DNA from: Lachnospiraceae bacterium
Lineage (GTDB): Bacteria > Bacillota > Clostridia > Lachnospirales > Lachnospiraceae
Assembly: GCA_963617435.1 (NCBI GenBank)
Contig: CAVEOS010000003.1
Coordinates: 318 to 64,317 of the forward strand
Direction of reading: 5' to 3'
DNA length: 64,000 bases
Part shown: piece after piece, positions 1 through 9,407 of the stretch
Position numbering within the stretch: the stretch's first letter is position 1
Layout: every line of letters starts with the position of its first letter
Translations under genes and position numbers: made by a program
The notes under the pieces: generated by a model
Database searches by the model: none
What the model was told of the DNA's origin: nothing
The model's input: only the letters and a program-made list of their open reading frames with translations

Positions 1-1
1 G

Positions 2-103
2 TTCAATGAAGAATTGGAGAAAGGATATGCGGATATGCAGGCTGGACGGACGAAAAATGCGAAGAAAGCCTTTTCTGATATTCGCAGGGATTATGGCTTA
101 TGA
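2..103 (+). CDS. type II antitoxin, C-terminal fragment (5' end lies outside the window)
   Basis: The frame is open from the window edge (...FNEELEKGYADMQAGRTKNAKKAFSDIRRDYGL*). Its stop overlaps the start of the downstream toxin gene by 4 nt (ATGA), the usual antitoxin-toxin coupling. Confidence 0.5.
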   Translation, partial: FNEELEKGYADMQAGRTKNAKKAFSDIRRDYGL

Positions 104-429
104 TATATGAAGTAGAAGTATCGGAACAGGCTGACAGGGATTTAAGAGAAATCTTTGAATATATTGCTTTTGAATTACAAGCGCCGGAAAATGCAAGCGG
201 ACAGCTTGATCGTCTGGAAGAGCAGATATTAAGTTTGGATACTATGCCAGAGCGCTATCGAACATATGAAAAAGAACCATGGAAAAGTCGTGGACTTCAT
301 ATATTACTGGTAGACAATTATGTGGTACTTTATATTCCAGATATTGACAAAAAGATTGTAACAATTCTTAGAGTAATGTATGCTGGACGAGACATAGAAA
401 ATCAGTTAAAACTTCACACAAAGCAATAA
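100..429 (+). CDS. ParE/RelE-family type II toxin
   Basis: 109 aa. The sequence MIYEVEVSEQADRDLREIFEYI...VVLYIPDIDKKIVTILRVMYAGRDI is typical of ParE/RelE plasmid-stabilisation toxins. It is translationally coupled to the upstream small ORF. Confidence 0.8.
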   Translation: MIYEVEVSEQADRDLREIFEYIAFELQAPENASGQLDRLEEQILSLDTMPERYRTYEKEPWKSRGLHILLVDNYVVLYIPDIDKKIVTILRVMYAGRDIENQLKLHTKQ

Positions 430-440
430 AATGTATAATT

Positions 441-483
441 AAAAGCAGTCTCTCATTGTTTTTATGATCGACTGCTTTTTTAT
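441..483. terminator. bidirectional rho-independent terminator between convergent genes
   Basis: aaaagcagtc (441-450) pairs with gactgctttt (470-479). The stem is flanked by A-rich and T-rich runs. Confidence 0.65.
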
Positions 484-2948
484 TATTTCAAAGTATGCGG
501 ATCTGCCATGATCTCGATCAGGATCATACTGTGGGCTGGAAGCTTTACATCAATAAGCAGGTGATCTGTGATAACCGCCTCCTGGTAAAAAGCATCCGGA
601 CTGGATTTCTGCTTGATGGAAGCCACAATTTCCGAGCTGTGATACTGCGGGGAACCCATTTTCAGCCACAGATCATAGGCGGAACCGGAAGTGCGGCTGA
701 CTTCTGTCCGGCGCATGAGATAATGTCCGGAAAGGAGATTCAGGATCACGCACAGAGACAGATCCGGTACAGTGCCGTAGCAGTCATAGCGCTGCTCATA
801 GGACAGGATCGACGGCAGATGTTCATCATAATCCAGTGGAAAGGCAGCGTGAAACAACAGCAGCTGGTACTGGGTATCGTCTTTGGCCAGAATATAATTT
901 TCGCCGTGGTCTAAAATCTGCCGTCCCAGCTGATTTAACTGCGCAAAGGCATAGTAAGAAGCTTTTTTCATACCATGGATGTCCATCAGTCCGGGGCCGC
1001 CGGAGAAAAGACGGTTTTCCGGGAAAAAGTCTTCGTTTACATCGCAGAGTGAACGGAAACCAAGCATTTGTACCTGCGTGCCAAGCAGGATCTGGGCGGT
1101 ATAGGCAATAAACGCACTCATAAAGCAGGTGTCACGGGCATAGTCCTTTGGATGGTAAGTATTGTTCCAGTCGGATACCACGATCGGATACCGTCGGAAC
1201 GTTGGATCCTGATTTACCAGTTCCAGAAAGTCAAAAAAGTTCTGGTAGAGCCGGGAAAAACCATGATAAGCCGGTTCTGTATTTTCTGACAGATAGCGGT
1301 TTCGCCGCATCTGGTCGGTATTGTCAAAATCTCCTGCATACAAGTGGACCGTCAGAAAATCCGGGCGCAGTTCGTATTCCCTGCAATAGTCAAAAAATGC
1401 CTGATACCAGTTAAGACCGTTTGGCAGGGAAAAATCAGGCCCGCCAAATTTTATACTTTCCCGTACATTTTTGACTGCGTTGTAGGTGACGCGGTAAAAC
1501 AGGAAAAAGTTTTCCATGGACTCATGCCAGTAGCCGCCTTTCATTCCAAGGTCGGCGGAAGTCCACATATTGAATTTCCAGCTCAGTACTTCCGGTTTTC
1601 CATAGCGCTGGATCAGATGTTGGAGAAAGTTTTCCACCAGTCTGCTCCAGTTTTTCAGGGAACGGGGAAAGCTGACGTTTGGACGGTGCTGCCAGTTGGC
1701 AAACTGCTGCTTGGATGCCAGCATACGGGGCATGAAGCCAAGTTCGGTATAAGGTTTGATATGAAGCTCCATGAGAAAATCATAGACCATATCAATATAC
1801 TGCCAGTTGTAGACCGGAATTTTGTCCGGGGTCTCATAGTAGACAAACAGGTCATCAGAAAAGACATTGCGCAGGCGTAGGTGCCGGATGGGAAGTTCGT
1901 CTACTGTATTTCGAATCTGCTGCTGGATATCACCGCGGAGCAGGTCAGCGGCGCGGCCGATGGAGTAGCAGAAGTCCGGAAGATGACACCGGGCCGGGAC
2001 AGCTGCTTTTTCTTGTGGGTTCAGCTCCAGAGTGATACGGTTCTCTTCGACGGAGTTTTCTGTCTCTGTTTTTACCGGTTTCTCGGACCAGTAATCCCGG
2101 AAAAAGGAAAAGGTGGAGGAACTCTCGTCGATGGTCTGCTGGTTCGCACGAATCTCGTTTTGCTCCTTCTGCCAGGCATAAGGAGTCAGATGAAACAGTT
2201 TTTTGAATGCGGTATTGTAGGTTTTATAACTGTTGAAACCGGAGGCCAGGGCAATATCCAGCAGCGACTGGCTGGAACTCATCACCAGGGGCAGGGAGTT
2301 GACGATACGCAGCTGATTGATATACTCCGTCAGTGTCAGTCCCATGTGCTCCCGGAAATATTTGGAAAAATACTGTGGGTGAAGTCCAACCTGTTCGGCT
2401 ACTTCTGGCAGTGACAGGTCTTCGGTGTAATGTTCGCTGATGTAGGTCAGGGCGTGAAACAGCCTGTCATCCCGATTCTGGTTCGCAGCGCCGAAGGCCG
2501 GATTTGCCAGATGGTTTAATACATAGGAAAGCAGGTTTCCGATATGGGTTAGTGTCTGAAGCTGGCTGCCCGGGGAATGTACGGTGTGGTGATAGATCAT
2601 TTTGCCAAATTCCCGGCAGAAAAACTGATAACGCTCCGGCTCTGTATCTTTGGTAACTGCATGTGTGTGCAGCGTCAGTGGAAGTAACTCCGGAACGGCT
2701 GCCTGAATGTAACGTTCGGAGATAAGCAGGATCAGCACTTTGGCATCCGGGGACAGGGTCAGAAACTGATGCATTTCATAGGAATTGAAAAATATAAAAT
2801 CGTGTGGAACCAAATGGATCAGCTGTTCGTTGGTACGTGCAGTGGCTGTTCCCTGCAGTAAAAAAAGCATATTAAAGGAAGTAAAACACTGCGGGGTTCG
2901 GCTCAGATCGTCTTCCAGTTCGATTTGATAAAATGGTAATTCGGACAC
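483..2948 (-). CDS. AraC-family transcriptional regulator fused to a GH39-like (apparently non-catalytic) glycoside-hydrolase domain
   Basis: I place the start at GTG 2948, preceded by aaaggaga; the 71 codons upstream in the ORF track are AT-rich promoter sequence. The N-terminus has a cupin-like region plus an AraC HTH (LSLPEVAEQVGLHPQYFSKYFREHMG...GFNSYKTYNTAFKKLFHLTPYAW). The C-terminal ~480 aa resemble GH39 beta-xylosidases (YNWQYIDMVYDFLMELHIKPYTELGFMPRMLAS, RYGKPEVLSWKF). Confidence 0.8.
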   Translation of the reverse strand: MSELPFYQIELEDDLSRTPQCFTSFNMLFLLQGTATARTNEQLIHLVPHDFIFFNSYEMHQFLTLSPDAKVLILLISERYIQAAVPELLPLTLHTHAVTKDTEPERYQFFCREFGKMIYHHTVHSPGSQLQTLTHIGNLLSYVLNHLANPAFGAANQNRDDRLFHALTYISEHYTEDLSLPEVAEQVGLHPQYFSKYFREHMGLTLTEYINQLRIVNSLPLVMSSSQSLLDIALASGFNSYKTYNTAFKKLFHLTPYAWQKEQNEIRANQQTIDESSSTFSFFRDYWSEKPVKTETENSVEENRITLELNPQEKAAVPARCHLPDFCYSIGRAADLLRGDIQQQIRNTVDELPIRHLRLRNVFSDDLFVYYETPDKIPVYNWQYIDMVYDFLMELHIKPYTELGFMPRMLASKQQFANWQHRPNVSFPRSLKNWSRLVENFLQHLIQRYGKPEVLSWKFNMWTSADLGMKGGYWHESMENFFLFYRVTYNAVKNVRESIKFGGPDFSLPNGLNWYQAFFDYCREYELRPDFLTVHLYAGDFDNTDQMRRNRYLSENTEPAYHGFSRLYQNFFDFLELVNQDPTFRRYPIVVSDWNNTYHPKDYARDTCFMSAFIAYTAQILLGTQVQMLGFRSLCDVNEDFFPENRLFSGGPGLMDIHGMKKASYYAFAQLNQLGRQILDHGENYILAKDDTQYQLLLFHAAFPLDYDEHLPSILSYEQRYDCYGTVPDLSLCVILNLLSGHYLMRRTEVSRTSGSAYDLWLKMGSPQYHSSEIVASIKQKSSPDAFYQEAVITDHLLIDVKLPAHSMILIEIMADPHTLK

Positions 2949-3220
2949 AGAGGTTCTCCTTTCGGTAATAATATAATGAAAAATGATATATATTTGAATT
3001 TTGATAAAAAGAGTATAACATAAAAATGTAAAAATATAATATATTTTTAAGAAAACAGGGAAGAAATATAACAAGATAAAAAACGAATAGAATAAAATGA
3101 ACACAGAAAGACGATAAAAGGTTATAAACAGATGCGAAAAAAATCGAAAAAGCACGTACAATCAATGGCATAGAAAAGAGCACACAGGTTTAGCAAAAAC
3201 CGAAAGAGAGGTATGAGGAA

Positions 3221-4573
3221 ATGAATGAGAAAAAAGAATTGTCCATGTCTGAACGAATCAGCTGGGCGTTAGGACAGGCCACCGGTCGTCAGTTTATCAC
3301 TGCTCTGGTAAGTACTTACATCCTGATCTTCATGACAGATGTATTTGGAGTACCGGCCGCAGCAGCAGGTGTCATTATGACAGCAGCAACTGTCTGGGAT
3401 GCCATCAATGATCCGATCATGGGCGGTCTGGCAGACCGTACAAAAACCCGCTGGGGTACCTATCGTCCGTACCTGTTACTGATACCGTTACCATTGTCTA
3501 TCGTATCTGTTCTGCTTTTTGCAGCACCGGATCTGACAACAACCGGAAAAATTGTTTACGCAGCAGTTCTTTACATCTGCTATGGTATGCTGGTAACTGC
3601 CATTGAGATTCCATATTATGCAATCCTTCCGACCATGTCCAAAAACGAGATGGAGAGAAACGATGTTATTTCTCTGGCAACATTTATCGCATCTATCATG
3701 ATCCTTGTTGTAACATCTTTCACAACAAACTTTGTAAATGTGATCGGTGGAGACAACCCGGCAAAAGGATATATGGTTCTGGTAGCAATCGGTGCTGTAT
3801 TAATGTGTGTCACAAGCTGGATCGCATTTGCAAAATGTAAAGAGCGTCATACTGTTGATGTGGCTCACGAAGAGCACGTATTTAAAAGTGCAGGCAAACT
3901 GCTGAAAGTAAAAGAAATGTATCCGATGATCGCATTCTGGTGCGTTGGATGTATCCTGTTCCAGATCATCATGTCATCTTCCGTTTACTACTGCATGTAC
4001 TACCTGATGAATCCGGGACTGATCGCAACTTACATGCTTGTGATTTCCATCAGTGGTATGATCGGTGTTATGGTTCTGATGCCAATCCTTCTGAGAAAAG
4101 TAAAAGGAAGCATGAAAAAAGCAGTTACATTTACACAGGTAATTGCCTGCGTATGTTATCTGATCCTTTTCTTTGTCGGTGGAAAATCCATTCCGGCATT
4201 ATATATCCTGACATTCATCGCATGCATGTTCTCAACAATGACAAATGCATTCCGTCCGATGACTGTTTTTGGAATGACAGATTATGTATACAAAACAACC
4301 GGTGACCAGCTGAATGGTACAATTTCCGCAATCGGAGGTTTCTCCTACAAATGTGGAACCGCTATTTCCAATGCAATCCTCGCAGGTGTTTTAGCAGCAA
4401 CCGGTTACATCGCAAACGCAATCGGACAGGAGCCGGAAGCAGTACTGATCGGTATCAATTCCGTAAGGTTTTTAGTACCGCTGGCAGCATCTGTACTGTA
4501 CATCATTTTCATCCAGTTCTATCCGGAGAAAAAGATGCAGGAGCTTGTAGCAAAAGGTGCAGACAACAACTAA
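3221..4573 (+). CDS. GPH-family glycoside/pentoside/hexuronide:cation symporter (MFS)
   Basis: 450 aa polytopic membrane protein. It carries the GPH signature region GGLADRTKTRWGTYRPYLL. An SD (gagagg) lies upstream. Confidence 0.85.
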   Translation: MNEKKELSMSERISWALGQATGRQFITALVSTYILIFMTDVFGVPAAAAGVIMTAATVWDAINDPIMGGLADRTKTRWGTYRPYLLLIPLPLSIVSVLLFAAPDLTTTGKIVYAAVLYICYGMLVTAIEIPYYAILPTMSKNEMERNDVISLATFIASIMILVVTSFTTNFVNVIGGDNPAKGYMVLVAIGAVLMCVTSWIAFAKCKERHTVDVAHEEHVFKSAGKLLKVKEMYPMIAFWCVGCILFQIIMSSSVYYCMYYLMNPGLIATYMLVISISGMIGVMVLMPILLRKVKGSMKKAVTFTQVIACVCYLILFFVGGKSIPALYILTFIACMFSTMTNAFRPMTVFGMTDYVYKTTGDQLNGTISAIGGFSYKCGTAISNAILAGVLAATGYIANAIGQEPEAVLIGINSVRFLVPLAASVLYIIFIQFYPEKKMQELVAKGADNN

Positions 4574-4599
4574 AAATCATAAATCAAATAAAAATCCAG

Positions 4600-4622
4600 A
4601 GGGCATGTAACATGCCCTTTTG
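4600..4622 (+). terminator. short stem-loop plus T-run after the symporter gene
   Basis: gggcatg taa catgccc followed by tttt. Confidence 0.5.
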
Positions 4623-4701
4623 GTGGTTAAAAAAGAGATACCTCTTAGCATATACAAACAAAATAAAACAATAATATTGAGACAACAGGAGTATAAAAAA
4701 C

Positions 4702-6993
4702 ATGAAAAATCAGTGGATTACAGATGGCACCGGAAAGCCGTTTTATGCAAGAAAGAAAATTCAGCTGACAAAAGAGATCAAAAGCGCACAGGCAGCGGTC
4801 TGCGGACTGGGACAGTTTGTTTTTCATATCAATGGACAGAAAGTGGGAGATCACGAACTGGATCCGGGTTGGACTAATTATAAAAAGAGAATCCAGTATG
4901 TGACTTTTGATGTGACAGACTATCTGAAAAATGGAGAAAACGTGATCGGAGCAGAGGTTGGAAATGGCTGGTTTCGGATGCAGAATGATCATTACAGTTT
5001 CCATTTTCCACCATTTATGCCGCCAAACCCGAATCCATATGAGGCCTTTGGCGAGAGCCTTGTACTGGCACTTGAACTGACCGTGGAATACACAGACGGA
5101 AGCAGCGAGACAATTTATGCGGATGATTCTTTTAAAGTGAAAGTGCATGAGATTTCCATGAGCAACGTGTATGGTTCCGAGACTGCCGATGGAGCGGCTT
5201 ATCCGGCAGGCTGGGATACCGTTGATTTTGATGACAGTGACTGGACAGCTGCACAGCAGGTGGAAGATGCACAGGCACCGACAGGAGAACTCGTAGAGCA
5301 GGATCAGCCGGCCATCAAAGTGATCAAGCGTTACGAGGCAAAATACATCCATAGCGTGGAAGCAGACAAATCTCTGGATACAACGGAAGAAGCAGCTGGC
5401 AGTGTACATCGTGATATTTACGATCTTGGACAGAACATATCCGGTATGCTGCAGTTTGATATCAAAGGTAAAAAAGGAACAAAAGTACGTTTCTATGTGG
5501 CAGAGAAGCTGACAGAAAACGGTGATGTGGATCAGATGGCGAAAAACTGGGTGCTGATCGATAATTGCATTACTTATATCATCGGACAGGATGATACATG
5601 GGAAACTTTCCGCATGAAATTTACTTATTTTGCAGGCCGATATTTCGCAGTAGAAGGTCTGGATGAAGATACAGAAATCCGCAATATGTACGGAGACGCG
5701 ATCTCCAGCGCATGGGAGCGTGATGGCAGTTTCCACAGTGATGATGAGCGTTACAATCAGATCTATGATCTGGTGGAGAAAGCGGTTGAGGCAAACATGG
5801 TCAGCGTACATACTGACTGCCCGACCATTGAGCGTTTTGCATGGCAGGAGCCAAACCATCTGATGGCACCGTCCATTATGTATATGAAACGTTCCGACCG
5901 TCTCTGGAACAAATTTCTGACAGATATGCGTACAGATCAGCATACTGCAGAGGACAGTTTTTCCGATGGACAGGGCGGACGTTTTTATCCGGGCGAAGGT
6001 CTGATGCCGTCCCAGTGCCCGTGCTATATTCCGAACGTGCTTCCGGTTCCGGGTATGGGAAGTTTTTATGACATTATTCCGTGGGGCAGTACAAGCATCC
6101 TCGGAACTTACTGGCATTATACTTTCTACGGAGATGAGCAGATCATCCGTGACAATTATGAGGCAGGCAAAAAATATCTGGCTCACGAGGCATCTCTCTG
6201 CAACGAAGACGGATTTTTAAATCATGGTCTCGGTGACTGGGGAAATCCGGAAAATGCATTGCTGCGTGAAAATGTCGAGACTGCATTTTTATATGCGGAC
6301 AGCAAGACCATGGCTTACGTTGCCGGTATTCTTGGAAAATACGCAGAGCAGGCAGAATTTGAAGCACTGGCAGAAGAGATCAAAGCAAATTATAACGAGA
6401 AACTTCTGGTACAGCATCCGCAGGGGGGCTACTGGTATTACCAGGCATGGGATCACAAAGATGAGATCTGCATGACACAGGCCGCAGAGGCACTGCCGTT
6501 ATACTGGGGTATGGTTCCGGAAGACAAAGTGGATGACGTGGTACGTGCGTTCCGTCAGACACTGGAAGAAAAAGGTGCTTTTGTCAGCGGGGAAGTCGGA
6601 CTTCCATATATCATTCAGACCGCAAGAAAATATGGTATGAATGATCTGATCTGCCGGTTTATCACAAAAACCACACATCCGAGTTACTACGCATTCGTGC
6701 TGGATGGCGAGACAACCCTCGGCGAGTACTGGGAGCAGAATCCGAGAAGTCACTGCCATGACATGATGGGACACATCATTGAGTGGTTCTACAATGGACT
6801 GGCTGGTATCCGTCCGCTGGAGCCGGGATTTGGCAAGATTGAGATCGCACCATATCTGCCGGAGAGCATGAACGAATTTACCTGCAGTTACAATTCTGTG
6901 AAAGGAAAAATCACGGTACATGTGACACGGGAAAACGGTGAAGTAAAAGTGGAAGCGGATGTTCCGGAAACGATTGAGTATACGATTCTGTAA
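4702..6993 (+). CDS. alpha-L-rhamnosidase (GH78-like), no signal peptide
   Basis: 763 aa. The N-terminal region NGQKVGDHELDPGWTNYKKRIQYVTFDVTDYLKNGENVIGAEVGNGWF and the six-hairpin region HTDCPTIERFAWQEPNH resemble bacterial rhamnosidases. An SD (caggag) lies upstream. Confidence 0.8.
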   Translation: MKNQWITDGTGKPFYARKKIQLTKEIKSAQAAVCGLGQFVFHINGQKVGDHELDPGWTNYKKRIQYVTFDVTDYLKNGENVIGAEVGNGWFRMQNDHYSFHFPPFMPPNPNPYEAFGESLVLALELTVEYTDGSSETIYADDSFKVKVHEISMSNVYGSETADGAAYPAGWDTVDFDDSDWTAAQQVEDAQAPTGELVEQDQPAIKVIKRYEAKYIHSVEADKSLDTTEEAAGSVHRDIYDLGQNISGMLQFDIKGKKGTKVRFYVAEKLTENGDVDQMAKNWVLIDNCITYIIGQDDTWETFRMKFTYFAGRYFAVEGLDEDTEIRNMYGDAISSAWERDGSFHSDDERYNQIYDLVEKAVEANMVSVHTDCPTIERFAWQEPNHLMAPSIMYMKRSDRLWNKFLTDMRTDQHTAEDSFSDGQGGRFYPGEGLMPSQCPCYIPNVLPVPGMGSFYDIIPWGSTSILGTYWHYTFYGDEQIIRDNYEAGKKYLAHEASLCNEDGFLNHGLGDWGNPENALLRENVETAFLYADSKTMAYVAGILGKYAEQAEFEALAEEIKANYNEKLLVQHPQGGYWYYQAWDHKDEICMTQAAEALPLYWGMVPEDKVDDVVRAFRQTLEEKGAFVSGEVGLPYIIQTARKYGMNDLICRFITKTTHPSYYAFVLDGETTLGEYWEQNPRSHCHDMMGHIIEWFYNGLAGIRPLEPGFGKIEIAPYLPESMNEFTCSYNSVKGKITVHVTRENGEVKVEADVPETIEYTIL

Positions 6994-7110
6994 AATGGTT
7001 TCCTCGGTGATGATGTAAAAGAGATGATCCGAAACGGGAAGATTGCACAGGCTTCACAGTAGTGTCTGGAGTTTGTGAAAGAGCATTTTTGAAAATGGAA
7101 TTAATGAAAA

Positions 7111-7190
7111 TGTAAACAGCGGGCGCAGATTATTTTTCTGAAAAAGTGAATGTTGGCTTGAGAGTAAAATGATCTGTGTCTGTGTTTGCA
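7111..7190 (+). repeat. Rep-A hairpin repeat, diverged copy
   Basis: tgtaaacagcgggcgcagattattttt ... aaaatgatctgtgtctgtgtttgca. The left arm matches the other Rep-A copies and the right arm is degenerate. Confidence 0.6.
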
Positions 7191-7280
7191 TATCTGAAAA
7201 TGTATGTGAACGGAAATATCCTTACAGATAAAGCGGAAATATTCCTTTGTGTAAAAGTGTGCGATTTCTTAAATTGGGGG

Positions 7281-7309
7281 TTGATATTTTAAAACGTAGT
7301 TGGTATGAT
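7281..7309 (+). promoter_or_regulatory. sigma-70-type promoter for the riboswitch-led operon
   Basis: TTGATA (7281-7286), a 17-nt spacer, then TATGAT (7304-7309), about 75 nt upstream of riboswitch P1. Confidence 0.5.
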
Positions 7310-7382
7310 TCTAGACACAGGCATTGGAACGGATGTTCCTGCCTAAAAAATCACAAAATCAGCATAAATATGTATATGTTAG

Positions 7383-7554
7383 AGAAAATAAGTTCAGATA
7401 TGGTAAGACACCTGTCTGATTAAAAGGGAATCCGATGCAAATTCGGAACGATCCCGTCACTGTGATAGCTGGCCAAAATCAAAATGTCACTGGATAAAAT
7501 CTGGGAAGGCGATTTTGGTGGGAATGCTTAAGTCAGGAAACCTGCTTATTTTCT
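7383..7554 (+). promoter_or_regulatory. cobalamin (B12) riboswitch
   Basis: P1 is agaaaataag (7383-7392) paired with cttattttct (7545-7554). The conserved core strings are present: aaaagggaatccgatgcaaattcgg, cccgtcactgt, gtcactgg, ctgggaaggc, and the B12 box aagtcaggaaacctgc. Confidence 0.85.
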
Positions 7555-7808
7555 ATTGGAGATTCTTGCGGAAGACGAGAAAACGATTATACTAGCTAGT
7601 AAAGAAATTCTGTCCACTTGGGCATTTTTTTTCATACATAATTTCAGTAAATCGAAAGACAGGTCGAATGCATTTGCATCCGGCTTTTTTTCTACCATAA
7701 AGAAAGAATTTCTATCAACAATTATACGGATGATTTGCTGAATGATCGGTTACCTGGATGATCCGTTTGGATAAATCCGTAAATACACAAAATTAAGGAG
7801 GATGAAAA

Positions 7809-9386
7809 ATGAAAAAAAGAATGGTGGCACTTGTTCTGGCAGGATGCATGTGCGTTATGGCATTGACCGGATGTGGGGGAGACAGCAGCAAAAAAGCAGC
7901 AACATCTGGAGATGAAAAGGTTTTAAATTTTGGTTGTGCAATGTACACAGATGGAAGTGTAAACACAGCAGGAGATGAAAATGGTGGATGGAATGCGATG
8001 CGATACGGTATCACGGAAACACTGTTTAAATTTGATGATAACATGGAAGTTACACCATGGCTTGCTGAGAGTTATACAGTAAATGATGACCATACAGAAT
8101 GGGTGATCACACTGAAAAAAGGATTAAAATTTTCTGATGGCTGTGAACTGACAGCAAGTAAAGTAAAAGAGTCTTTTGAGCATCTGAAAGAGGTTGGACC
8201 TTCCGGATCTGCAAAACCGGAGAAATATCTGGAGTTTGAAGCAACGGTTACCGCAGATGATGAAGCAGGTACACTGACAATTGTGACCACACAGTCGTAT
8301 GCGAACCTGATCGGACAGCTCAGTCATCCGACAATGGGAATTGTTGATGTTGAGCATACAACAAATTTTGATAATGGTACGATCGGAACAGGTCCTTATG
8401 TGATCGAATCATTTAATGGTGTAGGTGTTGGTTATACCCTGGTTGCAAATGAAAATTACCGTGAAGATGTTCCGTATGACAAAGTAAATCTGATGTATAT
8501 GGGAGATAACTCCGCAAAAGCAATGGCACTTGAGAGTGGTCAGGTAGATCTGGTGGAGAATATTACAAACGTAGCTGACATTCAGAAATTCAAAGATTCT
8601 GATGACTTTACAGTAGATATTGCATCTGGTGTACGCTGCGGATTTTCCTGGATGAACTTCAACGGTATCCTCGGAAACAAGACATTACGTCAGGCAATTT
8701 TAATGGCGATTGATTATGACACGATCTGTAACTCCAAAACTATTGGCGGATTATATACACCGGGATTCTCCGTATTACCATCTTCACTGTCTTACGGATA
8801 TGAAAAACTGAACAATCCATACAAATATGATTCTGAGGCAGCAAAAAAATTACTGGATGATGCAGGTATTGTGGATACTGACGGAGATGGAATCCGTGAG
8901 CTGAATGGAGAAAATATCAATCTGCGTTATGTTTCTTATGAAAACCGTCTGTTAAATGAGTTTTCAGATGCACATACTCAGTATCTGGCTGCAATCGGAA
9001 TCGGAGTAACATCTGAGTACGGAAGTTCTGATGATGAGTGGAGTAAACTTGCAGCATTAGATTATGACTTTAATAATAATAACTGGATTACAGTAGGTAC
9101 CGGTGATCCATATGCATATATGGCAAACTGGGCGACAGAGAGTACTTACTGTGCATATTCCAATCCGGAGTATGATGCTTTATTCCAGGAACTGAAGAGT
9201 GAGATGGATCCGGATAAACGTGAAGACCTGATTTTCCAGATGCAGCAGATACTGATCGATGATGCGGCAGTTCTGATTGACGGTTATTACAACTCCAGTA
9301 TGATTTATTCTAAAAAAGTTGGATATGCAAAAATCCATACAGCAGATTATTATTGGTTAAGTACAGAAATTGTTCCAGCTGAGTAA
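7809..9386 (+). CDS. ABC transporter substrate-binding lipoprotein, family 5 (Opp/Dpp/Nik type)
   Basis: 525 aa. It has a lipoprotein signal with lipobox LTGC, is family-5 SBP-like throughout, and has a strong SD (aaggagg). Confidence 0.8.
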   Translation: MKKRMVALVLAGCMCVMALTGCGGDSSKKAATSGDEKVLNFGCAMYTDGSVNTAGDENGGWNAMRYGITETLFKFDDNMEVTPWLAESYTVNDDHTEWVITLKKGLKFSDGCELTASKVKESFEHLKEVGPSGSAKPEKYLEFEATVTADDEAGTLTIVTTQSYANLIGQLSHPTMGIVDVEHTTNFDNGTIGTGPYVIESFNGVGVGYTLVANENYREDVPYDKVNLMYMGDNSAKAMALESGQVDLVENITNVADIQKFKDSDDFTVDIASGVRCGFSWMNFNGILGNKTLRQAILMAIDYDTICNSKTIGGLYTPGFSVLPSSLSYGYEKLNNPYKYDSEAAKKLLDDAGIVDTDGDGIRELNGENINLRYVSYENRLLNEFSDAHTQYLAAIGIGVTSEYGSSDDEWSKLAALDYDFNNNNWITVGTGDPYAYMANWATESTYCAYSNPEYDALFQELKSEMDPDKREDLIFQMQQILIDDAAVLIDGYYNSSMIYSKKVGYAKIHTADYYWLSTEIVPAE

Positions 9387-9407
9387 TCAGATGGATACAA
9401 GGAAAGC

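Noticed and set aside
2-429. Toxin-antitoxin pair as a marker of a mobile or defence island.
   Set aside because: It is an ordinary ParE/RelE-type pair. The region to its right is carbohydrate metabolism, with no integrase, IS or phage genes. The left context is outside the window.
2949-3161. N-terminal 71-codon extension of the AraC-GH39 ORF in the ORF track (MYVLFRFFSHLFITFY...).
   Set aside because: The stretch is extremely AT-rich and low-complexity (F/I/Y/L). It lies in the divergent promoter region. A GTG with a good SD at 2948 gives a normal AraC N-terminus.
4645-6186. 513-aa ORF antisense to the GH78 gene.
   Set aside because: It is a shadow ORF fully inside a well-supported CDS on the other strand. 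The composition is Cys/His/Ile-rich and protein-unlike, and there is no SD.
7556-7741. 61-aa ORF immediately after the riboswitch.
   Set aside because: It has a TTG start and no SD, its composition is low-complexity, and it lies inside the riboswitch expression platform.
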